Assembly: GCA_023139045.1 (NCBI GenBank)
Contig: JAGLOJ010000014.1
Location: forward strand, 22,264 to 86,263
Direction: 5' to 3'
Length of the DNA: 64,000 bases
DNA from: Candidatus Sabulitectum sp.
GTDB lineage: Bacteria > Fermentibacterota > Fermentibacteria > Fermentibacterales > JCC-6
This document shows positions 48,139 to 56,890 of this stretch, piece after piece; the stretch's first letter is position 1; every line of letters begins with the position of its first letter. The notes under the pieces were generated by a model that was not told the origin of the DNA, made no database searches, and saw only the letters and a list, made by a program, of their open reading frames with translations. The position numbers and the translations under genes were made by a program.

Positions 48139-48544
48139 GCACTTCCTCCCTGTTACCGGAGAACTGTACGCTCAGTCCTCTGAATTTTGCCAGCCTTGTC
48201 GGCTCTTTAAAGGGGCTCAGCAGAACTCCGTTTGCATCCGGAACAATGCTTCTAACCTCTTTCCATTTTCTAACTTCTGTCCCGAAGGGAGACTTCTTTC
48301 TCACTCCTGTGGAATCCATTATGAACTCAACAGGAAGAAAGTAACTCCACATGGAAAGGAACAGAAGAGCAAGCCCGATTATTCCCCACCAGACATTTCC
48401 CATCATCACCGAAGCAGCGAAAGAAGATGTAAGCATTATGACAACCAGGGCCACTGTAGCCCTGGGACGCTCTTTCATGGGGAAGGAAATCCACTCAAGG
48501 GTTTCTGTTCCCGCTGTATCGGTCATTTCACTCCTCGTGTTCAA
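48107..48544 (-). CDS. Hypothetical two-TM membrane protein with PH-like soluble domain
   Basis: LEW..FP.KERP, two TMs, YFLP.EF, RKW.E and GVLLSPF..P.RL..FRG. Overlaps the gcvPB stop. Confidence 0.75.
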   Translation of the reverse strand: MNTRSEMTDTAGTETLEWISFPMKERPRATVALVVIMLTSSFAASVMMGNVWWGIIGLALLFLSMWSYFLPVEFIMDSTGVRKKSPFGTEVRKWKEVRSIVPDANGVLLSPFKEPTRLAKFRGLSVQFSGNREEVLEFIRARIEP

Positions 48545-49976
48545 CTGGCTCCACCAGACACAGATCCTTTACTGCTTTAACTTCGTCCAGCCTCAGAACC
48601 GGAGTGTTAACCGGCGCATCAGTAACAAGATGAGGCTTCTCGTCTACCTCTTCAGCGATAGCGATCATTGCATCAATAAACGCATCGATACTCTCAAGGC
48701 TTTCAGTTTCTGTTGGCTCTATCATAAGAGCTTCTTTAACAATCTGCGGGAAGTAGATTGTCGGTGCATGAAAACCGTAATCAAGGAGACGCTTGGCAAT
48801 GTCCAGTGTTTTCACTCCCTTTTTGGCCATTTCCGCCCCACTGGCAACAAACTCGTGCATGCAGGGGCCATCATCGTTAGGCACTTCATAGTAAGGCTTG
48901 AGCCTTGCCTTCATGTAGTTTGCATTGATGAGAGCCACTTCGGACACTTCCCTGAGCCCCTTTGGACCCAGTGTTCTTATGTATGCATAGGCCCTGTACA
49001 ACACTCCCACATTTCCGTGGAATGCCAGTAATCTTCCAATTGATTTACCCATGCGATCTCTAAGTTTGTATCCTTCTTCGGTCTTCTCTACTGTTGACGC
49101 TGGAAGAAACTGCCTGAGCAGCTCTGTACAGCATACTGCACCGGAGCCCGGGCCACCGCCGCCGTGGGGGGTGCTGAATGTCTTGTGCAGATTCAGGTGA
49201 CACACATCGAAGCCCATGTCACCAGGTCGGACGATACCCAGCAAAGCATTCATGTTGGCACCATCCATGTAGTTCAAACCGCCGGCGTCATGAATGATTT
49301 TCGTTATCTCCTCTATGCTGCTCTCAAAGATACCAAGGGTATTCGGATTGGTAAGCATGAAGGCACAGGTGTTCTCACCGGCCTTGCTGCGCAGATCCTC
49401 AACATCAACTCTGCCATGCTTGTCAGACTTCACGCTGATGACCTTGAGCCCTGCAAGAGTGCTGGTTGCCGGATTGGTTCCGTGGGCCGAGTCCGGCATC
49501 AGAACCTCATTGCGGTGCCCCTGACCTCTTTCATCCTGCCATTTTTTGATAAGCATAAGTCCGGCGAATTCGCCTTGAGCTCCTGCTGCAGGCTGAAGTG
49601 TGGTCGCCTTAAAACCGGTTATCTCACAGAGCAATTCACCAAGTTTGTACATGATCTCAAGAGTTCCCTGAACTGTTGAATCATCCGAAAGGGGGTGCAC
49701 CGCTGCAAGACCATCAATCCTGGCCAGAAATTCGTGTAATCTGGGATTGTATTTCATGGTGCATGAGCCAAGAGGATAAAATCCCTGCTCAATACTGAAG
49801 TTCATGGTTGAAAGCCGTACGAAGTGACGCATTGCCTGCCCCTCGGTCACTTCGGGAAGTCCTATGAACTCTTTTCTTCTAAACTGTTCCGGGATAGCTG
49901 TTTCCGGCACATCGAGTACAGGAAGCGCAACTCCGATTCGACCGGGACTGCTGTACTGAAATATTGTCTTTTCCAT
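48528..49976 (-). CDS. gcvPB: Glycine dehydrogenase (decarboxylating) subunit 2
   Basis: YPLGSCTMKYNP, QPAAGAQGE, SAHGTNPA, HLNLHKTFSTPHGGGGPG (PLP lysine) and MIEPTETE motifs. Confidence 0.97.
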   Translation of the reverse strand: MEKTIFQYSSPGRIGVALPVLDVPETAIPEQFRRKEFIGLPEVTEGQAMRHFVRLSTMNFSIEQGFYPLGSCTMKYNPRLHEFLARIDGLAAVHPLSDDSTVQGTLEIMYKLGELLCEITGFKATTLQPAAGAQGEFAGLMLIKKWQDERGQGHRNEVLMPDSAHGTNPATSTLAGLKVISVKSDKHGRVDVEDLRSKAGENTCAFMLTNPNTLGIFESSIEEITKIIHDAGGLNYMDGANMNALLGIVRPGDMGFDVCHLNLHKTFSTPHGGGGPGSGAVCCTELLRQFLPASTVEKTEEGYKLRDRMGKSIGRLLAFHGNVGVLYRAYAYIRTLGPKGLREVSEVALINANYMKARLKPYYEVPNDDGPCMHEFVASGAEMAKKGVKTLDIAKRLLDYGFHAPTIYFPQIVKEALMIEPTETESLESIDAFIDAMIAIAEEVDEKPHLVTDAPVNTPVLRLDEVKAVKDLCLVEPVEHEE

Positions 49977-51322
49977 TACACTGCCCCCCTGATGTACTGA
50001 TCCAGAGCCTCTACAAAGCCATCAATTTCTTCCCTGGTTCGTTTCTCGGTTGCTGTAAGCATCATTGCCCCATCTCCGAGGCATGGCATTGGAAGTCCTG
50101 CAAGATATCCCTTTTCCTTCATGGCGGAAGCGGTATCTTCCGCTGAAACTGGAAGATTCACTACAAACTCTCTGCAGAAAGGCACATCAAACACATCGGT
50201 TACGCCATTGGTTTCAAGCAGTCTGTCATGAAGATAGTGAGACTTGTGCCAGCACTGCTTTGCCACCTCTGTAAATCCAGTTTCGCCGGTAAGAGTTAGA
50301 TAAATTACATTGGCAAGTGCCATAAGAGCCTGATTGGAACAGATGTTACTGGTTGCTTTGGCTCTTTTTATGTGCTGCTCACGGGTTTGGAGGGTAAGAA
50401 CATATCCTGTGTTACCTGCGCGGTCCTCGGTTCTTCCCACAATTCTTCCCGGCATTTTCCTGAGGAGTCTGGCATTTGTGGCCATGAAACCCACATACGG
50501 GCCTCCATAACTCATTGCAACGCCCATAGGCTGACCTTCTCCCACAACCACATCAGCTCCCAGTCTGCCCGGGGCTTCAATAACGCCAAGGGCAACAGGG
50601 TCCGCAGCAACAACAAGAAGACCCTTGTGTCTGTGAATAAGATCTGCCGCAGCTTGAACGTTCTCAATAGAGCCGAAGTAATTGGGGTACTGCAGCACCA
50701 GAGCGGCAACGCCGCCTTCTGCCAGTTGGTCGGCGGCTTCAAGGTCAATCAAACCATCTGTGCCGAAGGGTACCTCGTTGATCTCAAAATCGCCGTTACC
50801 CATATAGGTGTGTATCACATCAATTGTTCTGGGATTCAGGGCACCCGAAACCAGAATTCTCTTCTTTCTCGTAGCCCTGATTGCCATAAGAGCAGCTTCG
50901 GCAACAGCTGATGAGCCATCATACATACAGGCATTGGCAGCATCGCATCCTGTGAGTCGTGCAATCATGGTCTGGTATTCGAAAATTGACTGCAGAGTAC
51001 CCTGACTCACTTCCGCCTGATATGGCGTGTAGGCAGTTAAGAATTCACTTCTTGTGAGAATGTTATCTATTGCAGAGGGAATGTAGTGATCATAGGCACC
51101 TGCACCACGGAAGCATACAAGATTGGAAGAACTGTTCTGCGCGGCAAACCCCTTGAATTCTTTCAGAAGTTCCAGCTCGCTGGCAGGTGAAGGCAGATCA
51201 AGCTCGCCCTTGAGATGAACACTCTCCGGAATGGGAGTAAGGAGATCCTCAAATTTCCCCACTCCGATAACATCAAGCATCTGCTCTTGTTGAGCCTTTC
51301 CGTTGGGAACGAATATGCTCAT
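49976..51322 (-). CDS. gcvPA: Glycine dehydrogenase (decarboxylating) subunit 1
   Basis: GAGAYDHYIP, EFLTAYTPYQAEVSQGTLQ, SYGGP and LQTREQHIKRAKATSNICSNQ motifs. Confidence 0.97.
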   Translation of the reverse strand: MSIFVPNGKAQQEQMLDVIGVGKFEDLLTPIPESVHLKGELDLPSPASELELLKEFKGFAAQNSSSNLVCFRGAGAYDHYIPSAIDNILTRSEFLTAYTPYQAEVSQGTLQSIFEYQTMIARLTGCDAANACMYDGSSAVAEAALMAIRATRKKRILVSGALNPRTIDVIHTYMGNGDFEINEVPFGTDGLIDLEAADQLAEGGVAALVLQYPNYFGSIENVQAAADLIHRHKGLLVVAADPVALGVIEAPGRLGADVVVGEGQPMGVAMSYGGPYVGFMATNARLLRKMPGRIVGRTEDRAGNTGYVLTLQTREQHIKRAKATSNICSNQALMALANVIYLTLTGETGFTEVAKQCWHKSHYLHDRLLETNGVTDVFDVPFCREFVVNLPVSAEDTASAMKEKGYLAGLPMPCLGDGAMMLTATEKRTREEIDGFVEALDQYIRGAV

Positions 51323-51326
51323 TGGT

Positions 51327-51710
51327 TCACTCTCCTATGTGAGTCTTGTACTCTTCCGCTGTGAGAAGGCCGTCAAACTGTGAATCATCAGAGGCTTTAA
51401 TGGCATACAGCCAGCCACCGGCGAAAGGGTCTTCGTTGATAAGTGCAGGGTTGGATTCAAGTTCTTCGTTGACAGCAGCAACCTCTCCATCGAGAGGGGC
51501 ATAAAAATCTTCAGCAGTCTTCACAGCTTCAAGCCCGCCCATGGAATCGCCCTTAGTGGCTTCAGTACCAACTTCAGGCAATTCAGCCATAACGATCTCA
51601 CCCATCTCATGCTGAGCGTAGTCAGTGAGCCCGATTGTATACTTACCTTCATCTTTGCGCACCCATTCGTGAGTCTCTGTGTAGCGTACATTCTCTGGAA
51701 TATTGCTCAT
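51327..51710 (-). CDS. gcvH: Glycine cleavage system H protein
   Basis: YTETHEW, GLTDYAQ, EAVKTAEDFYAP (lipoyl Lys) and INEDPF..GW motifs. Confidence 0.96.
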   Translation of the reverse strand: MSNIPENVRYTETHEWVRKDEGKYTIGLTDYAQHEMGEIVMAELPEVGTEATKGDSMGGLEAVKTAEDFYAPLDGEVAAVNEELESNPALINEDPFAGGWLYAIKASDDSQFDGLLTAEEYKTHIGE

Positions 51711-51741
51711 TCTATTTCTCCTTTATGAATATGATTCTGAA

Positions 51742-52839
51742 TTACTTTCGGCTGCCTTCCGTGTAGAAGGGTATCTTCACTATTTTCAGAGGAATCCGTT
51801 TCCCTCTGACTTCCGCCTCCAGCTCGTTACCCCTTTTCTGAAAACCTCGTTCAACATACCCCAGACATACTGCCTGTCCCAGCGCGGGAGCGATGGAACC
51901 GCTTGTAATAATGCCCACTTTTCTGTCACCGCTGAACAGAGGACTACCGTGCCTTGGAAATCCTTTTCCAATCACCTTCATGCCAACCAGATATCTTCCA
52001 GGTTTCTCAGCTTTCTGCTGCTCAAGAACTTCTCTGGCAATGAACGGCTTGTCAGTCTTCAGCTTAACAACCCAGCCAAGCTTTGCCTCGATTGGAGTGG
52101 TACTGTGATCAATATCGTTGCCGTAAAGAGGATATCCAACTTCAAGGCGAAGTGTATCCCTGGCACCAAGCCCCACAGCAACAATACCGAACTCTTCCCC
52201 TGCTTCCATCACTGAGTTCCAGACTGCTTCGGCGTCGGGGTATTTCATGTAGATTTCAAATCCGTCTTCACCGGTGTAACCGGTTCTTGCAATCAAGGCA
52301 TCTACACCTGCAAATGTACCTGTTGTGTGCTCGTAATAACCGATACCGTTCAGATCAACATCGGTAAGTTTTGAGCACACTTCCTGGGCTCTGGGGCCCT
52401 GAACAGCAACAAGAGCGGTCTCGTCACTTTCATTGGAAACCTTAAGATCAAAACCCTGGAGATGACTCTGTACCCAGGCCCAGTCCTTGTCCAGATTGGC
52501 TGCATTCACAACCATCAGATATTCCTGGTCAGCAATCCTGTAAACGATAAGATCATCAACAATTCCACCATCAGGGTAGCACATTGTGGAATAGTAAGCC
52601 TTTCCATTATCAATACTGGCATCATTGGTAAGAAGTTTGTCAAGAAATGCAGCAGAATCTGGTCCAGTTACTCTGAATTCACCCATGTGGGTCAGATCAA
52701 AAACACCAACGTTCTCTCTTACGGCCATATGTTCTTTCTGAATCGCACCGTATTTGATGGGCATAAGGTATCCGGCAAAGGATTGCATAGTAGCTCCAAG
52801 CGCAACATGCTTCTCGTAAAGCGGGGTTCTCTTATCCAT
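51742..52839 (-). CDS. gcvT: Glycine cleavage system aminomethyltransferase T
   Basis: KRTPLY, FDLTHMG, GGIVDD, VNAAN, RTGYTGEDGFE and GLGARDTLRLE motifs. Confidence 0.97.
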   Translation of the reverse strand: MDKRTPLYEKHVALGATMQSFAGYLMPIKYGAIQKEHMAVRENVGVFDLTHMGEFRVTGPDSAAFLDKLLTNDASIDNGKAYYSTMCYPDGGIVDDLIVYRIADQEYLMVVNAANLDKDWAWVQSHLQGFDLKVSNESDETALVAVQGPRAQEVCSKLTDVDLNGIGYYEHTTGTFAGVDALIARTGYTGEDGFEIYMKYPDAEAVWNSVMEAGEEFGIVAVGLGARDTLRLEVGYPLYGNDIDHSTTPIEAKLGWVVKLKTDKPFIAREVLEQQKAEKPGRYLVGMKVIGKGFPRHGSPLFSGDRKVGIITSGSIAPALGQAVCLGYVERGFQKRGNELEAEVRGKRIPLKIVKIPFYTEGSRK

Positions 52840-53581
52840 TACTGCCCCTTTTCGGGAATAACTGTAAAATTATGAAAATATCAATTTCGGCTTATAAGTG
52901 AATGCTAATTTAGCCAACTATCCAGGGAAATGCAAATCTCATTGACCGAGTGCCGCTGCAGGTCTGATATTCATGCATGGGATCAATGGAAGGAAGCCAG
53001 GTGGCACAAATTACACTTGCAGAATCAACGGTTGATAAACTTCAAAAAGAGTCCGGTGGCAACCAGGTTGTATTTCACGATCTCTGCCGTGAATCAATGG
53101 CTCGGAAGTGGCTGAAATCCAGCGGAATTCCATCATGGAGAAACCCGGCAACTCCGTTGGAAAATACCGGTAACAATGCGACCGGTAACTCAAGGTACAG
53201 TATCATGCTGGCAGACGGGTCCAGGTTTTTTGTCTGCTCATATCCATCACCGATTCTCTACCTGGACATGCTGGCGGCTGCAAAGTGTTTTGCCGCACTG
53301 GCTGTAAACCTTGGAAGCAATTGTACTTGCGGTTCAATAATGGGGTGTATTTTTCTGCGGAATATTTCACAAACAAAAAAACATTATTGCTTTAATCAAG
53401 GGGGGCTTGAGTCCAACTCAAAATTGTTGCATTATCTGGGCAGACATCGCGGGTATAAGTCAATGTTTATCCGTTTCAGCGCCAGACTGCTTCTGTTTGG
53501 TGAACCGGATGCACCAGAGCGCGGTACAGAGGGAGTAAAAAGTTTTTACCCTGTTGCCAGGGGTTAGCGGGAGGTTCTCTT

Positions 53582-55729
53582 GTGGATGCTAAAGCCGATG
53601 AACTGGTAGACTTTTTTGGGTCCCCCTACCTGGAACAGCTATGGAAGGCTTCAACCGGTGCTCTGGTTGTATGCGATGCCAACAGGCAGATTCTTCAGGT
53701 CTGTCCGGGCTTCACCGATTTGTTCCTGATTCCAGCCGCAGACTGCATCGGACATGACCTTGATGAGCTGATCACACCTGCCCAGTTTCTGCCTGAATCC
53801 GAGTGTATTTTTGATAGCGCCATTACCGGAACACCAGTATCTCTCACTACAACGAAGGTGAAAAGCAACGGTGAACTTGCCAGAGTGTTTCAGGTAACAG
53901 TGCGGATTATTGCCGATACAGGCGATAAACTTGCCTGTTTTGTTTTTAAACAGATTCCGGAAAATTCAAGACAGAGAGCAACAGATAAATGCGATGACAG
54001 GGAACTTCTGAACAACGCCTTTGAGAACTCGTTTGAACCATCTCTTTATTCTGATACTGACGGTAATGCTGTTCGTGCCAATACTGCATTTCACTCTGAA
54101 TTTGGCTGGACGCACGAAGATATAGCAGAGCAGAGCATTGCAGAAATGTTTATACCACTGTCAATCAGGCCCGAAGCAGAGTACATAAATTCAATGCAGA
54201 GGGCTGGCAGAGTTCTCCGCCTGAGAACGTTAAGGAAAAAGAAGAATAACAGCACCCTGCAGGTTTCACTGATTTGCGCTCCTCTGAATTCACAGACTTC
54301 GCAAACTGAAACAGGGTACAGAATCTACAGAACTCCAGATTCCAGGAGCCGGACCACAGCAGACGTTATCGCCAGGAATGATTTCAGGGAGTGTCCTTAT
54401 CCGGGGCTGCACACCGGAATGTTTTTCCACGCACGAGTCGATGAAATGAGAACGATGGAATTCATCGCTCCCGGCTCAGCATCATATGCCGGATACTCTG
54501 AAATTGAATTGCTGTCAAAAGCAAGGCCTTATGCCACCATTATTCTGAACGAAGACCGTAGTATGGTCTTGAAGGCAATAGAGGAGTCTCTGGAAAAGCG
54601 AAAAGATTACAGTATCACCTACAGAATAAAAAACAGCTCAGGAGACACTCTCTGGGTAATGGAACATGGCAGGGCATATTTCATGACAGGGGATGAACCG
54701 AATTTCTGTGTTGGATGCATCATAGATATTTCTGAAACAAAGAAAGATCGAGATAATTTATCTATGGCCAGAGATCGGATCGAGAAGCTCCACAGTGTTG
54801 CGGCAGAACTCCAGCAATCCCGTTCCGAGGGAGAAATTTACCGGATTTGCGCCGAGGCAGGGCAATCCATTCTGAACGGTGCATGCAGCTCTGTATTCAT
54901 CCGGTACGAGCAGGAGATGAAACAGGTGGCCTCCTCCGGCAGGGAACACTACAACTGCAGCAGGGAATGCAGTCCGGGTATGGTGGAATTGACTCTGAGT
55001 ACAGTGAGTCCCTGCTATTTCAGTTCCAGGGATCTCGTGGAGGATTTATGCCCGGCAGGAAGCTCCGGAGCCTGCTTTCGATTGAGTGACAAGGCAGTCT
55101 TTCAGATAATCTCCAAGGGCAACAACGTCTTTGGAAGCATCGATACAAGAATCACGGAACTACTGCTGGGGTATACTCAACAGGGACTCAAGCGCCTGGC
55201 GCTTCAGCACCAGTTGATCAATCAGGCACTCCACGACCCTCTCACCGGTATACACAACAGAAATTACTTCAATCGGATTATCGAATTGGAAGAACTCAAA
55301 GCCCGAAGACTTGGTTCATCCATCGGCTTCATAATGGTGGATGTGGACAAATTCAAAACAGTAAATGACAAATACGGCCACCAGACTGGAGATCATGTTC
55401 TTCAGGAAGTAGCAAAGATTCTCGGCAATGCTCTCAGAAAAACGGATACAGTGCTGAGATACGGCGGGGATGAGTTCCTGATAATTCTCACCAGAATGGC
55501 AACGGATCACTGCCACAAAGTCGAAGCCCGAATCAATAATGCCATAGCAAAGTCCAGGGTGTTGCATATGCCTGACGGAGAGAAGATCACCGTTTCAATG
55601 GGACACGCCTTCTGGACACCTCAAGCGAAAGAATCCATAGACGATATACTGGGTATGGCTGACAGCATAATGTACGAAAACAAAAGAAAAAAATTCAGGA
55701 GCGTGTCTGACAGTAATTGCTCTGAATAA
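53582..55729 (+). CDS. Diguanylate cyclase with three PAS domains and a GAF-like domain
   Basis: HDPLTGIHNR, DVDKFK.VNDKYGH..GD and RKTD (I-site) five residues before RYGGDEF. PAS/PAC motifs. GGGAGG RBS precedes the GTG. Confidence 0.92.
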   Translation: MDAKADELVDFFGSPYLEQLWKASTGALVVCDANRQILQVCPGFTDLFLIPAADCIGHDLDELITPAQFLPESECIFDSAITGTPVSLTTTKVKSNGELARVFQVTVRIIADTGDKLACFVFKQIPENSRQRATDKCDDRELLNNAFENSFEPSLYSDTDGNAVRANTAFHSEFGWTHEDIAEQSIAEMFIPLSIRPEAEYINSMQRAGRVLRLRTLRKKKNNSTLQVSLICAPLNSQTSQTETGYRIYRTPDSRSRTTADVIARNDFRECPYPGLHTGMFFHARVDEMRTMEFIAPGSASYAGYSEIELLSKARPYATIILNEDRSMVLKAIEESLEKRKDYSITYRIKNSSGDTLWVMEHGRAYFMTGDEPNFCVGCIIDISETKKDRDNLSMARDRIEKLHSVAAELQQSRSEGEIYRICAEAGQSILNGACSSVFIRYEQEMKQVASSGREHYNCSRECSPGMVELTLSTVSPCYFSSRDLVEDLCPAGSSGACFRLSDKAVFQIISKGNNVFGSIDTRITELLLGYTQQGLKRLALQHQLINQALHDPLTGIHNRNYFNRIIELEELKARRLGSSIGFIMVDVDKFKTVNDKYGHQTGDHVLQEVAKILGNALRKTDTVLRYGGDEFLIILTRMATDHCHKVEARINNAIAKSRVLHMPDGEKITVSMGHAFWTPQAKESIDDILGMADSIMYENKRKKFRSVSDSNCSE

Positions 55730-55948
55730 CCTGCACAAGTGTCGACCAAGCCCATTTTAAAGCGTTTGTGGCAGGTTCATTCGGTTTTTCGAAAAACTAT
55801 ATTGTCTTGAATACTATCCATGCAATTCATATACTACTCCTCCGCTACTCTGCTGACCGGATCTTCTTAACATGTTTGCCTTATTGGCTTGATACGTTTT
55901 ATCATACTTTTCGAGACAACCTGTAATTCACGACATGACAGATCTTGC

Positions 55949-55983
55949 TTGACGCAACATTACAATGTAACTACATTACAATC
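55949..55983 (+). promoter_or_regulatory. brnTA promoter with overlapping repeat operator
   Basis: TTGACG-17 nt-TACATT, a direct repeat ACATTACAAT x2, and an inverted repeat AATGTA-AC-TACATT overlapping the -10 box. Confidence 0.65.
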
Positions 55984-56271
55984 ATGAAAACGCTGCATTT
56001 TGAATGGGATCCTGAAAAAGCCAGGATCAATGCTGAAAATCATGAGGGAGTTTCCTTCAAGGAAGCGGAAAGTGTTTTTTATGATGAACGGGCAATTGAG
56101 TTTTATGACGAACAGCATTCGGAATCAGAGAAAAGGTTTCTAATGCTGGGATTGAGTGCAAGACTTCGCTTGCTTCTTGTATGTCACTGCGTAAGAGAAA
56201 ATAATTCTGTCATTCGAATAATCTCAGCCCGAAAAGCGACAAAGAGAGAATCCAAGCACTATTGGAGGTGA
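55984..56271 (+). CDS. brnT: BrnT family toxin (RelE-like ribonuclease, DUF497)
   Basis: FEWDPEKA..N...H.GVSF.EA..VF.D, HS.SE.RF..LG and IRIISARKATKRE motifs. Confidence 0.92.
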   Translation: MKTLHFEWDPEKARINAENHEGVSFKEAESVFYDERAIEFYDEQHSESEKRFLMLGLSARLRLLLVCHCVRENNSVIRIISARKATKRESKHYWR

Positions 56272-56276
56272 TGAAA

Positions 56277-56498
56277 ATGAAGGACGAGTATGACCTTTCC
56301 CAAATGAAGTCAAGAAGTAACCCATACGCTAAACGTTTAAAAAAACAGATTACTCTTCGGTTACAACCTGAGATAATTGAGTACTTCAAATCGTTATCCG
56401 AAGAATCAGATATTCCGTATCAGAGCCTGATTAACCTGTATCTCCTTGATTGTGTGAATAGCCATCGCAAATTGAAGATGGATTGGGCGACAGGTTAA
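56277..56498 (+). CDS. brnA: BrnA/CopG-like antitoxin
   Basis: MKDEYDLS....NPYAK.LKKQITLRL...IEYFK......IPYQSLINLYL. GGAGG RBS overlaps the toxin stop. Confidence 0.88.
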   Translation: MKDEYDLSQMKSRSNPYAKRLKKQITLRLQPEIIEYFKSLSEESDIPYQSLINLYLLDCVNSHRKLKMDWATG

Positions 56499-56890
56499 GG
56501 TTTTAGAGAGAAAATGCCCTCTCTGTAAACGGTAAATGATTCCGGGCCAATGATAGTCACCAGAATTCTTTTCTCGATTTGTCCTCAGAATTGGATGAGC
56601 TTGCTGTAGTGCTCTGTACGCCTTAATATTTCGGTATAGTGCGTTGCTATCCTGAGTTCCAGCAAGGCACTGGTTTATGCGCATAGCACCGCTATGTTAT
56701 TGAACCAGTAACGCCGCTGGGGCTCTGGAGAGCAAGCAGGATACGAAAGTTTAGGGTATACAGAGTACTGGTAACATTGGGCTCAGCATTATTGATTCAA
56801 CTCTGCGGGCTGCCCCGGATTCACTTTCGAACAAAGGTATTAGCAACCACACGAACAACGATAGTCCATGCTGTCGCTGGGACGCATTCC

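Noticed and set aside
52840-53200. Glycine riboswitch upstream of gcvT
   Set aside because: No GGAGA...CCGAAG...CTCTCAGG aptamer core was found on the minus strand.
52977-53567. 196-aa ORF between gcvT and the diguanylate cyclase
   Set aside because: No RBS or recognisable domain, and its 3' half runs through AT-rich promoter-like sequence. It cannot be supported as a gene, though a small real gene here is not excluded.
56499-56890. Integron attC site or mobile-element end after the BrnTA pair
   Set aside because: Only a short imperfect hairpin is present. There is no RYYYAAC...GTTRRRY box pair with a matching stem, and no integrase or transposase in the window.
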